Shown one piece after another: positions 1 through 12,084 of a stretch of 64,000 nucleotides of DNA (its first letter is position 1; each line of letters opens with the position of its first letter). This stretch comes from Mobula hypostoma (taxonomy: Eukaryota), in NCBI RefSeq assembly GCF_963921235.1, contig NC_086107.1, positions 97,156,001-97,220,000 of the forward strand, read 5' to 3'. The notes under the pieces were generated by a model. That model did no database searches. It saw only the letters and a list, made by a program, of their open reading frames with translations, and had not been told where the DNA came from. The translations under genes and the position numbers were made by a program.

Positions 1-208
1 GAGCAGGTAAGGATGGCAGGATTCCTCCCCTAAAGGACATTAGCGAACCAGATGGGTTTTTACGACAATCAACATGGTTTCATGATAAACAGATTTTTGT
101 TTATTGAATTCAAATTCACCATCTGCCCAGATGGGATCCGAACTCCTGTCCCCAGCGTATAACTGGGTCTCTGGATTACTGATCCAGTGGTGATTACCAC
201 TGCGCCAC
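1..208 (-). mobile_element. tRNA-derived SINE, 5' part (runs off window edge)
   Basis: Minus strand begins TGGCGCAGTGG (A box) with a GAGTTCGGATCCC B-box-like motif; body is similar to the copy at 45530-45955. Confidence 0.75.
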
Positions 209-284
209 ATCATAGAAAAGAAACGTGGGCTCTTGTAGTCAAGCATTCTCAGTCCGGTGACCAAGAGTGCAGTCCACCCTAATT

Positions 285-800
285 ATTAAAAATTCCTGGC
301 TGCAATATATTCACCTTTGGCCTTCTTTAATTGCTAACGAGAAGATGATGATGAGGCAAAGCCTTTCCGGTGGAGACTCTCCCACAGTGATGTTGGGGTA
401 GGAGTTCCAGAACTGACACCCAGTTACGCTGAAGGGCCAGCAACATATTTAGAGGTCAGGTAGTGTAACTTGGAGATGAAATTGGTGGCAGTGGAGTACC
501 CATAGCCTTACTCTTCTTTCCTTCTTGGTGGTAGAAGTCAGAAGTTTGGGAATACGTCCAAAATATGTAATGCATCGCTGTAGCTACTGTGCACTGTTTG
601 ATGGTGGGAATGTTTGATAAGATCTCATTCAAGTAGGTTCCTTTGTCCTGGATGCTGTTGCAGTTGCATTCATCCAGCAAAGTGGAGAGCATTCTATCAG
701 ACTCCAAACTTGTGCCTTGTTCGCTCGGAATGACAGGAATTAAGTCAGGATATCCAGCCTCATACCTGTTCTTGGAGTCAAGTATTTGTGTAACAGGTCT
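285..800 (-). mobile_element. Degenerate CR1/L2-group LINE 3' fragment
   Basis: Similar to the better-preserved copy at 12440-13015. Confidence 0.6.
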
Positions 801-819
801 GATTGAGATACAAATGATT

Positions 820-1450
820 TAAACTTATTGTTGTTATCGGTATACACACTTAATGTGTAAATGCCATGAAAATTTAGTGTCTTGAAGCAGCACAGTACAC
901 AAGATAAGGACGAACATAAGTTAATTTAAGTTGTACACACCTTGCACATCTGCAAAGTAAACAACAAAATAAACAGAACAGTGCTGGTGCAAGATTGAGA
1001 AAGAGAAAACAATTATTGTCCTAGGTAGGGTTGGGGATCTTCATGTCAGTTCATGAACCTGGTAGCAATGGATAAGAAGCTGTTGTTGAACCTTGAGGTG
1101 TAGGTCTTCTGGCTCCTGTATCTCACTTTCAAGGACACTTCATCTCATGCTCTCGATATTTATTGCTAATTTATTGATTATTATTATGTGTTTGCTTTTG
1201 TATTTGCACAGTTTGTTGTTGTTGTCTCCTGAACATTGAGTGAACACCCAAGGGTGTGGTCTTTCATTGATTCCATTATGGTTATTATTCTATTATGCAT
1301 TTATTGAGTGTACATACAAGGAAATGAATCTCAGGGTTGTACATGGTGACATATATGTACTTTAATAATACATTCACTTTGAACTTTGACTACTACCCTT
1401 TGATAGCACTGAGAAGTTGAGAATCTCTGATGATGGATGCTGCCATCCTA
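820..1450. mobile_element. Nested Rex1/Babar-like LINE 3' fragments
   Basis: Minus-strand 3' fragment interrupted by a plus-strand 3' UTR (1130-1390) ending in a (CTTTGAA)-like tail; the host fragment resumes after 2090. Confidence 0.6.
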
Positions 1451-1452
1451 AA

Positions 1453-2088
1453 ATTAGATTAGATTAGATTATGAGGACACGCAGTCCTCTTTTATTGTCA
1501 TTTAGTAATGCGTGCATTAAGAAATGATACAATATTCCTCCAGTGTGATATCACAGAAACACAGGACAGACCAAGACTGAAAAACTAACAAAAACCACAT
1601 AACTATAACATATAGTTACAACAGTGCAACAATACCATAACTTGCTGAAGAACAGGCCATGGCACAGTAAAAAAGTTCAAAGTCTCTCGAAAGTCACACA
1701 TCTCACACAGACGGGAGAAGGAAGAAAACTCTCCGAGCCATGCCCGACCACAGTCCGACTCTGAGTCGTCCAAAAACTTCGAGCTCTGATCAGCCCTCTG
1801 ACATCAAGTACCGAGCACCATCTCTATCCGAACACTTCGACCTCAGCCTTGGTCGCCAGCAGCAGGCAAAGCCGGGGATTTTGGGGCCTTCCTTCCGGAG
1901 ATTCTTGATCGCACAGTAGCAGCAGCAGTGAACTGGGCATTTCAGAAATTTCTCCAGATGTTCCTCTGCTTCTCACGTCTGTCTCCATCAAATCAGAATT
2001 GTGCACGGCGTCCTACTTACAAATACGATATCATTTCACCGGAGAGGCTACGTGGGCTGCGTTGCGTCGCCATCTTCTCCTCCCGCCC
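1453..2088 (-). mobile_element. ~640-bp non-autonomous retroelement, copy 1 (AAGATGGCG head, (ATCTA)n tail)
   Basis: Near-identical to 43947-44580 and homologous to 5878-6530 and 26222-26880; no recognisable coding frame. Confidence 0.85.
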
Positions 2089-2189
2089 ATCACCTCGTTA
2101 TATATGTCCTCAATGTGAGGAGAGCTGTAGGCACATAGCCCGCTGTAGCCATGACTCCACTCTCTGTCAAAGCTGCCCCCCAGGATGCT

Positions 2190-2710
2190 GATGGTGGTGG
2201 TCCTGACAACAAGAGGACATTGAATATTGAGGGGAGCGGGTTAGACTCTGCCTTATTGGTGAAGGTCATTGTGTGGCAAGCTTAAAGCCTGCATGTTGTA
2301 AGCTGCTAATCAGTCTATGTTTTAAATGTGTTTTCTCCAGGCACGGTACTGTATGCTCAGTTTGCTGGGGTGCTGTGAATGAACTGCACACTGTGCAGTC
2401 ATTCTCACTTCTGACCTTATCATGGATGGAAGGTCATTGTTGAAAACATCTGTAGATTCTGAATCTGGGACACTGCCCTAAGGAACTCCAGTAGTTATAG
2501 TCCTGCCGTGATTCCCCCCAAAAGCTGCCTAGACGTCAAGGACAGTCACTCTTACATCATTCAGCTCTCTGGATCAAGGCAGTACTGAGGTCTGGAGCTG
2601 AGTGGTTTTGGCAAAATCCAGACCGATGTGCAGTGAGAAGGCTATCAAAGAGTAAGTGTTGCTTTGATAGCACTGTCGATAAGCTTCTGTCACTTCACTG
2701 CTTCCATTGG
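2190..2710 (-). mobile_element. Degenerate LINE ORF2 fragment
   Basis: Decayed LINE-like sequence recognised by eye only. Confidence 0.4.
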
Positions 2711-3279
2711 GCAGAAGCCACCCAGGATGTAACTCCCCAGTCAGCCAGCATGTGTAGGAAGTGGAGCAATATTCTCAGAAAGGGGCAGCTTGGCCTTCCA
2801 AAACCACCCTAATATTTTGAATGTGCTGATCTGAATCCTGGTGCACCATAGCTGACATAGATGCCCACTATAGAGGACGACCTCAGTCTTTACACTCCAG
2901 GCCAAGACCGTAACCCATGAGTGAAACGGCAAGGATAATGGAAACAATCAATGCATTTTGAAGTTCAAAGTTCAACGAAAATTTATTGTCAACGTACATA
3001 TACGGCCCTGAGATTCGTTTTCTTGCGGGCATACTGAATAAATCTAAGAGCTATAGCAGAATCAGTGAAAGACTGTACGCAACAGGGCAGACAATGAGCA
3101 AAAGACAACAAACTGTGCAAAGACATGAGAGAGAGAAAAAGGGATCAAACTAGAGTGGTTTAGTTGAACAATTAAGAGAATGTGCTCTTCCTGTTCCCAG
3201 AACAGGGCAGTACAGAAGAGCATTCAAGTACAAAAGGGACCATACCTCTTTTGGACTAACTACATAAGAGAATATCTTT

Positions 3280-3775
3280 TCTTAGTTAAGGGGACCAGAA
3301 GTGTGAGCTATACTCCAGATGCGGCCTCACCAACACTCTGCCCAATTGTAAAAGAGCTTTCCTATTTCTGAACTTCAATTCCTTTTCAATAAAGGCCAAA
3401 GCACCACTTTCTTGCTTAACAACCTGCTGCAGCTGCCTGCTAACTTTTTGAGAGCCATGCACAAGAGCACTTAAGGCCCTCTGTACTTCACTAATTTGTA
3501 GTTTCTCTCCGTTTAGATAATAATCTGCCATTTGATTCTTCTTATCGAATCTATGACCTCATACCTTCCCTCACTAAGCAACTTTTGCTGAGTTTTCACC
3601 CACTTAAATCTATCTCCTGCTGCAGAGTCACAACATTCTCATCACAACTTGCCACCCTTCCTCACGTTTTTGTCTTCAGCAACATTATACTCTGTCCCTA
3701 CCTGCAAGTCATTAATAGAAACAGTAAGTAACCAAGGGCCAAGACCTGATCCTTGGAGTACTGTGTTAGTCCAAC
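3280..3775 (-). mobile_element. Old CR1 LINE fragment
   Basis: ORF 3286-3531 translates to DYYLNGEKL...LVRPHLEYS, matching the CR1 ORF2 at 30929-32059. Confidence 0.85.
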
Positions 3776-3779
3776 CACA

Positions 3780-3912
3780 GACAAGAGACAATCTGCAGAT
3801 GCTGGAAATCTAAGCAACACGCACAAAATGCTGGAGGAACTCAACAGACCAGGCAGCATCTATGGAAAAGAGTACAGTCGTCATTTCGGGTCGAGACCCT
3901 TCAGCAGTACTG
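3780..3912 (-). mobile_element. Penelope-like element terminal fragment with decayed hammerhead motif
   Basis: Homologous to PLE termini at 25920-26025 and 59911-60015. Confidence 0.75.
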
Positions 3913-3959
3913 TATTAGTAATGGTTTTCCAACTTGAAAAATGCCCATTTATTCCAACT

Positions 3960-4820
3960 CTGTTCGATGGTTCAATGGTTCCATTTAATTTCAGAGAATG
4001 TATACAGTATACAACCTGAAATGCTTACTCTTCACAGACATCCACGTAACAGAAGAAAACCCCAAAGAATGAATGGCAGAAAAATGTTCCCCCCCCACAC
4101 CATTCCCACACACAAGCAGCAGCAAAACATCAACCCTCCCCCATCCGCTCCCCCCCCCACTTGTTCCAGCAGGAAGCATCAGCGCCCCACCATCCACCAA
4201 GCAAGCAATAGCAAAGCCTCCAAAGATCTCATGATCTACAGTCCAACAAACAACAGTCCATAATCCAGAACTTTAACATGCCACAGGCGCTCTCTCTGTA
4301 TCTCTCACTAACAAGAGTCAGAGAGGTGTCACCTTTTCCACAGCAAGAGGGAGACCAAACAGATCGCTGTTTCGATGTTACAATCTGAAGCGACACTTAT
4401 TTGAGCTCATCCGGCTTGAGAAGCAGCAGACTCTTCACCCTCCCACCCCCGCCGAGGGAGACAGAGCGTGATCGCCCGAGTGCAGAGGCCTCCGACAGCT
4501 GCATTGACTGTCTCTATGTTCCGATCTCTGCGGCGTTCCAATTGGCGACACTGGTGAGGAACTTATTAGTCCTCCAGGGGCCGCCCGAGGCTGCACCCTG
4601 CAGGTTCCAGGGGTGCACGTCTTCCTGGCCGCTCCTGGAACTATTGAAAATGCTAGGCGGCTTGGCATGCTCCAGAAATGCAGTTTGAGTGCAGCTGCAG
4701 ATCACGGACTCCAGTAGGACCCCAGCCACCAGGGAAAGAGACATTAAAGAGAAGGATTTAAGCTGTTTTGCAGATGAGCTTGAAAAAGTCACCCTCTGGT
4801 GTCAGCTTGGCTTCTCCCCA
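3960..4820 (-). mobile_element. Non-autonomous retroelement with (CATTGAAC)-like tail
   Basis: Tail repeats at 3960-3985; 3' part shared with 32420-32530 and loosely with 19258-19750. Confidence 0.55.
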
Positions 4821-5877
4821 GAAAACTCCGTTTTTTGTGATTTTCAATTTCAACACATGCCAGCAGATTTCCTCCGAAACTTTGAGCTCTTAATTTATGC
4901 ATCAGCCTTATTATGAGGCACCTTGCTTAATGTCTTTTGGCTGACGTTAACAAACACTCATCTTTTTCATTCCTAACAATTACATCATTAGTGTTAATTC
5001 TTAGATTGCCAAGGTGTTTTAAAGTCTCCTCTAAGAATGCAAATGATGAATTCTCTTGTGCTCTGAAAACAAGTGGAGTTCGGTGACCTAGACAATCTCA
5101 AAGTCAAAATCACAGGAGAAGTAAGTAAGAAATGCACAATGACAAGGGCAGGTGTGCTTTTTGTTATAGGGGGAAAAATGTTTGATAAATCAGGGATATA
5201 TACCCTAATGAGTCAATGGTATTTTAGTGGGTATTTTAAAATTAGACACCAGGTATAGAAGGGCGGATGAACCCTCTTGTAGGGTCAACGGCCATCTAGC
5301 AAGCACGTGCCGTGACCCCACTAACTGACTGAGAGGAACCATCATCATCCTATGGGATGGATAGCCAGAGAGAGAGAGATAGAAGACAACCAAAGGAATA
5401 CTCTTCAATAAGTTAAGAAGACTCTTGAACGTTGTTCATGTGTCCCTTACCAACACTGCTGCCTTTTCACCCTTGGAATCTCTGAATCTCAAGGGGACTT
5501 ATATATTCATGTGGGGACTCAAGAGCAGCCCACAAAATGCTGGAGAAACTCAACAGGTCAGATAGCATCAGTGCAGGGAAATGGACAGTCGATGTTCCAG
5601 GGTCAAAATCCTTCAGTCTATCAGCACCAGCTATCTTTACCATAACCACTACTGAGTCCCCAGGCGCTATGACAGAATGAATGGATTCTTCATTGTCACA
5701 TACTGCAAGTGTGTAATATCAAGCGCCACTACATCACAATTTGCTGTTTGAAAATGACACCAACACTGCTAAACACCACTTAGCTTGTTCTGATAAAGCT
5801 GCACAATATGAAGACTGAACGTTTGAATCCAGCCAAAGTACAGAACCATCACTCAATCTCTGCCCACCTATGTATAT

Positions 5878-6530
5878 ATTAGATTAGTTTAGATTAGATT
5901 AGATTATGAGGACACGCAGTCCTCTTTTATTGTCATTTAGTAATGCATGCATTAAGAAATGATACAATATTCCTCCGGTGTGATATTACAGAAACACAAG
6001 ACAGACCAAGACTGAAAAAAGCTGACAAAAACCATGTAATTATAACATATAGTTACAACAGTGCAAAGCAATACCGTAATTTGATAAAGAACAGACCATG
6101 GGCATAGTTAAAAAAAGTCTCAAAGTCTCTTGAAAGTCCCATCATCTCACGCAGACGGTAGAAGGAAGAAAAACTCTCCCTGCCATGAACCTCCAGCGCC
6201 GCAAACTTGCCGATGCAGCACCCGACCACAGCCGACTCTTGAGTCCGTCTGAAAACTTTGAGCCTCTGATCAGCCCTCCGACACGGAGCACCGAGCACCA
6301 TCACTGCCGAGCACTTCAACTCCGGCCCCGGCAATAGGCAAAGCCAAGGATTTGGGGCCTTCCCTTCCGGAGACTCTCGATTGCTGCAGTGAAACAGGCA
6401 TTTCAGAAGTTTCTCCAGATGTTCCTCTGTGCTTCTCACGTCTGTCTCCATCAAATCAGGATTGTGCACGGTACCTACTTAACAAATACCGATATCATTT
6501 CGGAGTGGTCGTGCAATATGATTTGCATGT
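5878..6530 (-). mobile_element. ~640-bp non-autonomous retroelement, copy 2
   Basis: Same (TAGAT)n end and body as 1453-2088; head decayed. Confidence 0.8.
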
Positions 6531-6917
6531 CATTACACCTCATGCGGCCCACACCTGAGAGTCTGTATAGTGCTATATTTTGATTAGTTAATAGGATAGT
6601 GTTGAACTTTCCCATGTGTCTCCTGCCATGACTGAACATCTCCACCAGACAATCACCAGTTTATTCCTGTTTTGGCCTTCCACCTTTCAACATACTCTTA
6701 AAATTACTGCTGGTTGAATTTTGGGAAAATACTGCTAAAACACACACCTTCCTTATTGCCTCCATTTACATAAATGGTTTGTAGATTCTTTTGTGCTGGC
6801 TCCAAGAAAAAGATCTCCAATTGGTCCCATTATTTCTCCACAGGCCTACAAATTCTTAATCCTTCAAATGTTTACTGAATTCCAAAGAATAAAAACGCAC
6901 ATGAAAATATTGGTTCT

Positions 6918-7648
6918 AGAAATGGCTAAATCCAATACCACCTACATTAGAAGATTGGTACGAAATTATCTTGGAAATATTTAAAATGGAAAAATTGACC
7001 TACTCCCTGAGAACTCAAAAAGAAACATTTTATCAAATCTGGAATAAATGGATTGAATATATAACCCCAATGCGAGCAGACTTTAGATGACTCTCCTAAT
7101 GATTTATATTGCTCTTCTCATCAACACAGTAATATTGCTAACGTAAACACCCCTAGTCTAAATGTTTGTTGTTGTTTTTTTTTGGAAAATAGAGAATTAA
7201 CACAAGTAAAGGGAAAGATTTGGGAAAGGGATAAAAAAAAATGAAAAAATTAAGTAAATAAGTACATAGGGATTGGATAATTATGTCTGCGGGCAGGAAC
7301 AAGCACGAACAAATTGGGATATAAACACCTACAATGGTTGGTATATAGGCTTGTATGCAACATTTTGGACCAGTGGAAATGGTCCAGAAGGGTTGTATGG
7401 AAACTATTATTACCATTTTTCTTAACAACTAATTTCATTACTTAGCCTAATAGGTTAGATTTACCACAGTACATAATTATCTATTTAAATGTTTATTTTG
7501 CTTTTATATCATCTCAATGTGTACTTAAGAATGTACAAATAATTGTAGTTTTATACATATAAAAAAATGGAAAAGGTTATATGTGTGAAAAAAGTACATG
7601 ATAATTGTGAACTCCTTATCCAAATAAAAATAAAATTAAAAAAAAAAA
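6918..7648 (+). mobile_element. 5'-truncated L1-clade LINE
   Basis: Encodes KWLNPIPPTLEDWYEIILEIFKMEKLTY...FYQIWNKW (L1 ORF2 C-terminus-like), then 3' UTR, AATAAA and poly(A); perfect 15-bp TSD GAAAATATTGGTTCT at 6903-6917 and 7649-7663. Confidence 0.85.
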
Positions 7649-8019
7649 GAAAATATTGGTTCTGGTGTATTAAACCTCGGATGGTTATTGATGGTTGGGG
7701 AGGATGCTTCACGGAAACAGTACAGAGCAGGGCACCTTGAGCTCAGCTTGCCCATGCCAACCGGGATGCCCAGCAAGAACATTAGGTCCTTATTCCTCTG
7801 CCTTTCCCGTATACGCATCTGTTCAAATGCACTTTAAGCATTGCAATTGTGTCCGTCTCCACCACCACTCTTTCTCGATATTCACACTCTCCATGTTAAA
7901 ACTGTACCCCTCAGATCTCCTTTAAGTTTCTCCTTGCTCACCTTAAACCTGCTCTATATAGTTCCAGAAGTTCCTGTCCTGGCAAAAATGGTTTTCACTC
8001 TGTTGTTTCTGGTTAAAGA

Positions 8020-8240
8020 CCTAGCACGGTAACAGGCCCCTCCGGCTTGACCAGCCCACACCACCCAATTACACCCATGTGACTAATTAACTTACTAACC
8101 TGTACGCAGGTGGGAGGAAACCAGAGCTCTTAGAGGAAACTCACGCAGTCACAGGGAGAACATTCAGATTCCTTACGGACAGCGGCAGGAATTAAACCTG
8201 GGACACTGGCGCTGTAATGGAGTTACACTAACTGTGCTGT
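8020..8240 (-). mobile_element. V-SINE (HE1-like)
   Basis: tRNA-like head plus V-domain (TCTCCCTGTGACTGCGTGAGTTTCC...TTTCCTCCCAC on minus strand). Confidence 0.75.
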
Positions 8241-8559
8241 TCCATTCTATGTACTGTATGCTCCTCAGCATTTTATAAATCTCCATAAAATATTGTAATT
8301 GTATCTGGCTCCACCAGATCTTCACTCACTACCCTGTGTATTAGAAGATTATCCTTCAGATCTCCTTTCAATTTCCCCCCTGACTTGTTCTCTTTAGTTA
8401 CAGACTCAGTTCCCCGGTAGAATAGATTCTGATTATCCTTCCATCTATGCCCTTCATGATTTTTAAAGCCCTGTACGGTCCAGTGAGAATAAACCCAGCC
8501 TAACCAATCTCTCCTTACAACCACAACCCACCATCCCAGGTGACACCTGGTGGACCTCT

Positions 8560-9300
8560 TAGAAACATAGAAAATAGGTGCAGGAGTAGGCCATTCGGCC
8601 CTTCGAGCCCTGCACCGCCATTCAGTATGATCATGGCTGATTATCCAACTCAGAACCCTGTACCTGCCTTCTCTCCATACCCCCGATCCCTTTAGCCACA
8701 AGGGCCCTATCTAGGGAGGGAGGGAACGTCGACTCAGACCATGAGAGGCCTGCGTCGGGCATTTTCATGTCTTACAAGGCGCAGATTGGAAGTCTGTGTG
8801 GGGCATCACTCCTCGCACAGACTAGAGCAATGTGTGATTAAGTGCCTTGCTCAAAGGCACAAACACGCTGCCAAAGCTGAGGCTCAAACTACGACTTTGA
8901 GATAACTAGACGAACGCCTTAACCACTTGGCCACGTGCCCAACACCAATATCTAACTCCTTCTTAAATATAGCCAATGAATTGGCCTCAACTGTTTCCTG
9001 TGGCAGAGAACTCCACAGATTCACCACTCTCTGTGTGAAGAAGTTTTTCCTCATCTCAGTCCTAAAAGGCTTCCCCTTTATCCTCAAACTGTGGCCCCTC
9101 ATTCTGGACTTCCCCAACATCAGGAACAATCTTCCTGCATCTAGCCTGTCCAATCCCTTTAGAATTTTATACGTTTCAATAAGATCCCCCCTCAATCTTC
9201 TAAATTCCAGAGGGTATAAGCCTAGTCAATCCAGTCTTTCATCATATGAAAGTCCTGCCATCCCAGGAATCAATCTGGTGAACCTCTTCTACACTCCTTC
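8560..9300 (-). mobile_element. CR1 LINE 3' fragment interrupted by a SINE
   Basis: ORF 8884-9195 (RGDLIETYKILKG...FFTQRVVNLW) and (TTTCTATG) tail, very similar to 30929-32157. Confidence 0.9.
8714..8945 (-). mobile_element. tRNA-derived SINE with (CCCT)n tail
   Basis: A box TGGCCAAGTGG, B-box-like GTTTGAGCC, CORE-like GTGCCTTTGAGCAAGGCACTT; TATCTA duplicated on both sides inside the CR1. Confidence 0.8.
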
Positions 9301-9735
9301 TCTTGCTAACGCATCCACCTGGTAATGTGGCAACCAGAACTTTTGAAATATGCCATCAGCAGTCTAACCATTGCTTTGTACTATTGCAGCATGATGTTTC
9401 AACTCTTATTTTCAATCGTTTGGCCAATGAAAGCAAATGCCTTTTTCATAAGCACAATAGAATCAATCAAAGACCACAGGCAATGGGACGGATAAGCAAC
9501 CAATATTGAAGAGGCAGCAAACTGTGCAAGAAAAAGAAAAATAACTAAATAAGCAATACCTATTGAGAACATGAGATGAAGAGTCCTTGAAAGTGAGTCC
9601 ATAGGTTGTTGGAATGAATGATGGGGGTAAGTGAAGTTCAGCAAAGTTGCACTCCGAGGTCTTCTCTGTGTATATGCACTCCTGAGGTCCCTATTATTTC
9701 CTCAACATGTCCTACCTGAATTTGACCACCTAAAT

Positions 9736-10154
9736 TGTGATGAGTTCTTTGGGCTTGTGTGGGATGCCAGAGGCATTGGGCTCTAAGGTTTTTAGAGCAC
9801 CTGAACTGAGTTATTGGTGTTTAACAACAGTTGCTGATCATTTGGATTTCCTTGTGATTTTCTCGAGCGAATCGCTGTTTGTAATGATGTCTCCTGGTGC
9901 TCTCGATTTAACTTGTTAAGTTTATTTTGATAGGCTCAGGGATTTCGTGTTACTTGTATTATTTAAGTGGACACCTGATTAGCATTAATCGCGGGGTCTT
10001 AGTTTGGAGAATGTTACATCTCGCAGTATCGCTTGGCCAGACCACCAATGTTCTTTTGGAATTCTAATGAATAAACTCTGGTCACTGTTTCCACATTAAG
10101 AGGCTGTCTTTCTTTTGCAGTTGGGTTCCAATATTGGCAGCGCACATTGTGTCA
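9736..10154 (+). mobile_element. Solo LTR
   Basis: TG...CA ends, TAAAT duplicated at 9731-9735 and 10155-10159, TATA-like motif near 9958, AATAAA near 10070; interrupts an old CR1. Confidence 0.65.
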
Positions 10155-10705
10155 TAAATTCCATTGCCTCACACTTATCTGGATTGATTCCATGTCACCA
10201 CCCTGCCCAACTTTTCAGCTGATCTATACACTTAACACCTTCCCTGCTGTTGAAAAAAATCTGCCGGATCTGCTTCCAACATCCCTTTAGGTCGCCCATT
10301 CCAAATTCTAACAAATGAATGCATGCAATATTAAAAATAATTCAGCCTCATCCTACTCCCTTCCCAAGCTGCCACACTCCTGTTTCATCCCTAAGTACAT
10401 GCCTTATGCTCACAGACTCTACTTAGCTCGCCAGTGGCTTAATCCAATTTATAAAACCATTGTCAGAATTTTGAATGATTTTCTGAAGGAGGTTATGTTA
10501 GCATTGGTATCAGTGGCCCATAAGCTGCATCGTTACATCAATCTGGACTGTGCAGGTGTAATGTATCTTTGTTTTCTATGTCACAGCCTAGTCCGGCCAA
10601 TTGCTGTAATCACTCTGAGTTCCTGTTACCAGGTCCCATTTGAAAATAATATTCCCTCCTTGATCCATACTCCAGGAAACCAGTTTCCTCAAATCTACAA
10701 AGCAG

Positions 10706-10900
10706 ACTTACTGACATGTTCAATCCCTCACGCGGTGCCCGAGGTCTCATTTCTCCCACGTTCCTTCTTAAGCATCTATTCGTTGCCCTTTGGCTGGCTG
10801 TGCGGGTAAATTCCCGGGTTGGGTTCCTGCCTGCCAGCTTCACAGCACGTGATCATCTCCCGACACCCGTCGCCCAGCACAAAATCAGCGCCAAATTCCC
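10706..10900 (-). other. Candidate host first exon (ATG TCA followed by GTAAGT donor)
   Basis: Unique CpG-retaining island; minus strand reads GAACATGTCA|GTAAGT. Confidence 0.3.
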
Positions 10901-11270
10901 ACCTGACCTACACAGTTACGAAGAAAGCACGACAGCGGCTATATTCCATTACGAGTGTTGGTAAGTCTCAAATTTCTATGGAGAGTGTTCTAACTGTCTG
11001 CATCACCGTCTGGTATGGGGACTGGGGACACTGTACAGGATTGAACTAGGCTGCAGAGAGTTGAAAGCTCGGTCAGCTCCACCACGAGCACTAGTCTCTG
11101 TAGTATCCAGGACATCTTCAAGGAGCCATGCCTCAAAAAGACAGTGTTTATCATTAAAGACCCTCACCACCCAGGACAAACACTCTTCTCATTGCTACCA
11201 TCGGGGAGGAGGTACAGGAGCCCAAAGGCTCACACTCAGTGAAGCAGAGGCAGCTTCTCCCCTCTTCCAT
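10900..11270 (+). mobile_element. Rex1/Babar-like LINE 3' fragment
   Basis: KKARQRLY...ESVLTVCITVWYG motifs. Confidence 0.75.
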
Positions 11271-11864
11271 ACAACATCAAGACATGATAAAAAAAGCCCC
11301 ACTAATAAAATAAAAATATGTAAATAATAGCAATAGTTATAATTAAGCAGTTGCTGCTCTTCGGAAGGGCCTGCTCTCTGTCATTGTGCTGTCTACTATG
11401 TAGTATTTCAGTGGGTTACATTTTGAGTGGTAATCTTTTCTAGGTCTATTTGTCTTTCAACGGTTTATTATAGAATGATGCGCAATCAAGGTTGAAATAT
11501 ACCCACACGAACAATAACCTTCATTCCAGAAATAATGAGACATAACTTTTCAGGTGAGCAGACTGCATATTATTGAAAAGTCTAGTTCAGTGAGCGCTGT
11601 GGTGTCAATCAGACATAATATCAACCTAATTGCCCTTGCCAGATTTGTGCATCCAATCCCATTTATGCACATCTCCTGAAAAGTAGAACACCACATTTAG
11701 GAAACTGGTACTTCACATACACTCTATCAGACATTAGCAGAGAGAGTGGGATCCTGAGCAGGTGGGGAGCCATTTAAAAACAAGTCTTGTTGGGAATTAG
11801 TCATGCTTCAAAGCAGCAGGTGAGAGAGAACAGGCTTTGAGCAAAGGGAGCTATTTAAAAACAA

Positions 11865-12084
11865 AAACAACAGGAATTCTGCAGATGCTGGAAATTCAAG
11901 CAACACACATCAAAGTTGCTGGTGAACGCAGCAGGCCAAGCAGCATCTGTAGGAAGAGGTGCAGTCGACGTTTCAGGCCGAGACCCTTCGTCAGGATGAA
12001 GGGTCTCGGCCTGAAACGTCGACTGCACCTCTTCCTACAGATGCTGCTTGGCCTGCTGCGTTCACCAGCAACTTTGATGTGTGT
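11865..12084. mobile_element. Fold-back mini Penelope-like insertion with hammerhead core
   Basis: Perfect 88-bp inverted arms (11902-11989 and 11998-12085); 13-bp TSD TATTTAAAAACAA at 11852-11864 and 12085-12097. Confidence 0.85.

Noticed and set aside
8860..8945. Functional tRNA gene
   Set aside because: A/B boxes belong to a SINE head that continues into SINE body and tail; the same applies to the other SINE heads
10315..10809. 164-aa plus-strand ORF
   Set aside because: No recognisable motifs or supporting splice signals; likely a chance ORF
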